The notes beneath the pieces are model-generated. The model had not been told where the DNA came from. It saw nothing but the letters and a program-made list of their open reading frames with translations, and searched no databases. This document shows, one piece after another, positions 61,301 through 64,000 of a stretch of DNA of 64,000 bases. This DNA is from Eledone cirrhosa. Lineage: Eukaryota. The stretch spans positions 52,638,001 to 52,702,000 of the forward strand of contig OZ024746.1 in assembly GCA_964016885.1 (NCBI GenBank), written 5' to 3'. The position numbers and the translations under genes were made by a program. The stretch's first letter is position 1; each line of letters begins with the position of its first letter.

Positions 61301-64000
61301 TTGTAGTTAGTGGTTTTTGTGATGGTAGTGTTGTTGTTGTTGTTATTCTAGTTAGTGCTTGCTGTGATGGTAGTGTTGTTGTTGTTGTTATTGTAGTTAG
61401 TGGTTTCTGTGATGGTAGTGTTGTTGTTGTTATTGTAGTTAGTGGTTGCTGAGATGGTAGTGTTGTTGTTGTTGTTATTGTAGTTAGAGGTTGCTGTGAT
61501 GGTAGTGTTGTTGTTGTTGTTATTGTAGTTAGTCGTTTCTGTGATGGTAGTGTTGTTGTTGTTGTTATTGTAGTTAGTGGTTTCTGTGATGGTAGTGTTG
61601 TTGTTGTTATTCTAGTTAGTGGTTGCTGTGATGGTAGTGTTGTTGTTATTATTGTAGTTAGAGCTTGCTGAAATGGTAGTGTTGTTGTTGTTGTTATTGT
61701 AGTTAGTGGTTTTTGTGATGGTAGTGTTGTTGTTGTTGTTATTGTAGTTAGTGGTTGCTGTGATGGTAGTGTTGTTGTTGTTATTGTAGTTAGTGGTTGC
61801 TGAGATGGTAGTGTTGTTGTTGTTGTTATTGTAGTTAGTGGTTGCTGTGATGGTAGTGTTGTTGTTGTTGTTATTGTAGTTAGTTTTTTTCTGTGATGGT
61901 AGTGTTGTTGTTGTTGTTATTGTAGTTAGTGGTTGCTGAGATAATAGTGTTGTTGTTGTTGTTATTGTAGTTAGTGGTTGCTGAGATGATAGTGTTGTTG
62001 TTGTTGTTATTGTAGTTAGTGGTTGCTGAGATGGTAGTGTTGTTGTTGTTGTTATTGTAGTTAGTGGTTTTTGTGATGGTAGTGTTGTTGTTGTTGTTAT
62101 TGTAGTTAGTGGTTGCTGTGATGGTAGTGTTGTTGTTGTTATTGTAGTTAGTGGTTGCTGAGATGGTAGTGTTGTTGTTGTTGTTATTGTAGTTAGTGGT
62201 TGCAGAGATGGTAGTGTTGTTGTCGTTATTGTAGTTAGTGGTTGCTGAGATGGTAGTGTTGTTGTTGTTGTTATTGTAGTTAGTGGTTTCTGTGATGGTA
62301 GTGTTGTTGTTGTTGTTATTGTAGTTAGTGGTTGCTGAGATAATAGTGTTGTTGTTGTTGTTATTGTTGTTAGTGGTTGCTGAGATGGTAGTGTTGTTGT
62401 TGTTGTTATTGTAGTTAGTGGTTGCTGAGATGGTAGTGTTGTTGTTGTTGTTATTGTAGTTAGTGGTTTTTGTGATGGTAGTGTTGTTGTTGTTGTTATT
62501 GTAGTTAGTGGTTGCTGAGATGGTAGTGTTGTTGTTGTTGTTATTGTAGTTAGTGGTTTTTGTGATGGTAGTGTTGTTGTTGTTGTTATTGTAGTTAGTG
62601 GTTGCTGTGATGGTAGTGTTGTTGTTGTTATTGTAGTTAGTGGTTGCTGAGATGGTAGTGTTGTTGTTGTTGTTATTGTAGTTAGTGTTTTTTGTGATGG
62701 TAGTGTTGTTGTTGTTGTTATTGTAGTTAGTGGTTGCTGTGATGGTAGTGTTGTTGTTGTTATTGTAGTTAGTCGTTGCTGAGATGGTAGTGTTGTTGTT
62801 GTTGTTATTGTAGTTAGAGGTTGCTGTGATGGTAGTGTTGTTGTTGTTGTTATTGTAGTCAGTGGTTGCTGAGATAATAGTGTTGTTGTTGTTGTTATTG
62901 TAGTTACTGGTTACTGAGATGGTAGTGTTGTTGTTGGTATTGTAGTTAGTGGTTGCTGAGATGGTAGTGTTGTTGTTGTTGTTATTGTAGTTAGTGGTTT
63001 CTGTGATGGTAGTGTTGTTGTTGTTGTTGTTATTGTAGTTAGTGGTTGCTGAGATAATAGTGTTGTTGTTGTTGTTATTGTAGTTAGTGGTTGCTGAGAT
63101 GGTAGTGTTGTTGTTGTTGTTATCGTAGTTAGTGGTTTCTGTGATGGTAGTGTTGTTGTTGTTGTTGTTATTGTAGTTAGTGGTTGCTGAGATAATAGTG
63201 TTGTTGTTCTTGTTATTGTAGTTAGTGGTTGCTGAGATGGTAGTGTTGTTGTTGTTGTTATTGTAGTTAGTGGTTGCTGAGATGGTAGTGTTGTTGTTGT
63301 TGTTATTGTAGTTAGTGGTTTCTGTGATGGTAGTGTTGTTGTTGTTGTTATTGTAGTTAGTGGTTGCTGTGATGGTAGTGTTGTTGTTGTTATTGTAGTT
63401 AGTGGTTGCTGAGATGGTAGTCTTGTTGTTGTTGTTATTGTAGTTAGTGGTTGCTGAGATGGTAGTGTTGTTGTTGCTGTTATTGTAGTTAGTGGTTTCT
63501 GTGATGGTAGTGTTGTTGTTGTTGTTATTGTAGTTAGTGGTTGCTGTGATGGTAGTGTTGTTGTTGTTATTCTAGTTAGTGGTTGCTGTGATGGTAGTGT
63601 TGTTGTTATTGTAGTTAGTGGTTTCTGTGATGGTAGTGTTGTTGTTGTTATTGTAGTTAGTGGTTGCTGAGATGGTAGTGTTGTTGTTGTTATTGTAGCT
63701 AGTGGTTGCTGTGTTGTTAGTGTTGTTGTTGTTATTGTAGTTAGTGGTTGCTATGCTGGTAGTGTTGTTGTTGTTATTGTAGCTAGTGGTTGCTGTGATG
63801 GTAGTGTTTTTGTTGTTATTGTAGTTAGTGGTTGCTATGATGGTACTGTTGTTGTTGTTATTGTAGTTAGTGGTTGCTATGATGGTAGTGTTGTTGTTGT
63901 TATTGTAGCTAGTGGTTGCTGAGATGGTAGTGTTGTTGTTGTTGTTATTGTTGTTAGTGGTTGCTGAGATGGTAGTGTTGTTGTTGTTGTTATTGTAGTT
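55400..64000 (+). repeat. Higher-order duplication: ~55400-58300 recurs at ~61250-64000, with a partial intermediate copy at ~59400-60560
   Basis: Offset 5858: AGTGC 55500/61358, AGTCG 55676/61534, TGAAA 55811/61669. Offset 5723: AGTGTTTTTT 56961/62684, TTGGTAT 57211/62934. Offset 5768: AGTC 57654/63422. Offset 2062: AGTC 57654/59716, TTATTGTT 58261/60323. Confidence 0.85.

Larger units (their letters stand above)
1..64000. repeat. Tandem satellite/minisatellite array of 42/45-bp units, GATGGTAGT(GTT)3-8ATTGTAGTTAGTGGTTGCTG(A/T), about 1,450 copies in one orientation, open at both window edges
   Basis: The unit is visible in every line from base 1 to 64000. Unit lengths seen: 39 bp (n=3, ~934-972), 42, 45, 48 (n=6, ~5132), 51 (n=7, ~4439) and 54 bp (n=8, ~54926). 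Common variants are TGCTGA, TGCTGT, TTCTGT, TTTTGT, TGCTAT, AGAGG, GATAAT, GATGAT, ATTCTAG and GTAGCTAG. Copy number is 64000 divided by ~44. Confidence 0.99.

Noticed and set aside
1-64000. CRISPR array
   Set aside because: There are no unique spacers, the variable part is only GTT count and point variants, the repeat is not palindromic, and no cas genes are present.
1-64000. Selenoprotein or UGA recoding on the + strand (GGT TGC TGA alternating with TGT, reminiscent of Gly-Cys-Sec or the euplotid UGA=Cys code)
   Set aside because: The product would be an implausible Val-rich polymer, no SECIS-like unique sequence or start context is visible, frameshifts recur, and a single A/T polymorphism explains the pattern.
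1-64000. Embedded transposon, inversion, tRNA/rRNA, promoter or terminator
   Set aside because: No non-repeat segment or C/A-rich inverted segment was seen. T6-T7 runs are unit variants with no upstream hairpin.
1-64000. Variant order as an information-bearing code or programmed diversification system (antigenic-variation cassettes, DGR-like)
   Set aside because: The variant order is explained by nested duplications and local homogenisation. No recombinase, reverse transcriptase, expression site or template/variable pair is present in the window.
1-64000. Bisulfite-converted or synthetic sequence suggested by C depletion
   Set aside because: A non-CpG C is consistently retained in nearly every unit (TGCTG/TTCTG), and the variants show a hierarchical inheritance pattern typical of natural arrays.

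Overview
The whole 64 kb window is one uninterrupted head-to-tail tandem array (satellite or very large minisatellite) that runs off both ends. The consensus unit is GATGGTAGT-(GTT)n-ATTGTAGTTAGTGGTTGCTG(A/T), mostly n=5 (45 bp) or n=4 (42 bp), with n ranging from 3 to 8, giving roughly 1,450 units. I found no unique sequence, inversion, recognisable gene, RNA gene, mobile element or CRISPR array. The + strand is strongly G/T-biased (consensus 45-mer: T22, G16, A6, C1). Rare variants reveal nested duplications from 84 bp to 6.5 kb, homogenised sub-blocks, and a left/right subfamily switch near 25 kb. Two minus-strand frames are stop-free in the consensus (QQPLTTITTTTTLPS and SATTNYNNNNNNTTI), so the array resembles a mucin/PTS domain. 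However, both frames carry recurrent stops and frameshifts that were copied with the duplications, which favours non-coding satellite DNA or a decayed coding repeat. The sequence does not support a new biological system; the findings concern repeat architecture plus a few low-probability, testable coding hypotheses. The organism cannot be identified. All offsets and counts were read by eye and block boundaries are approximate.
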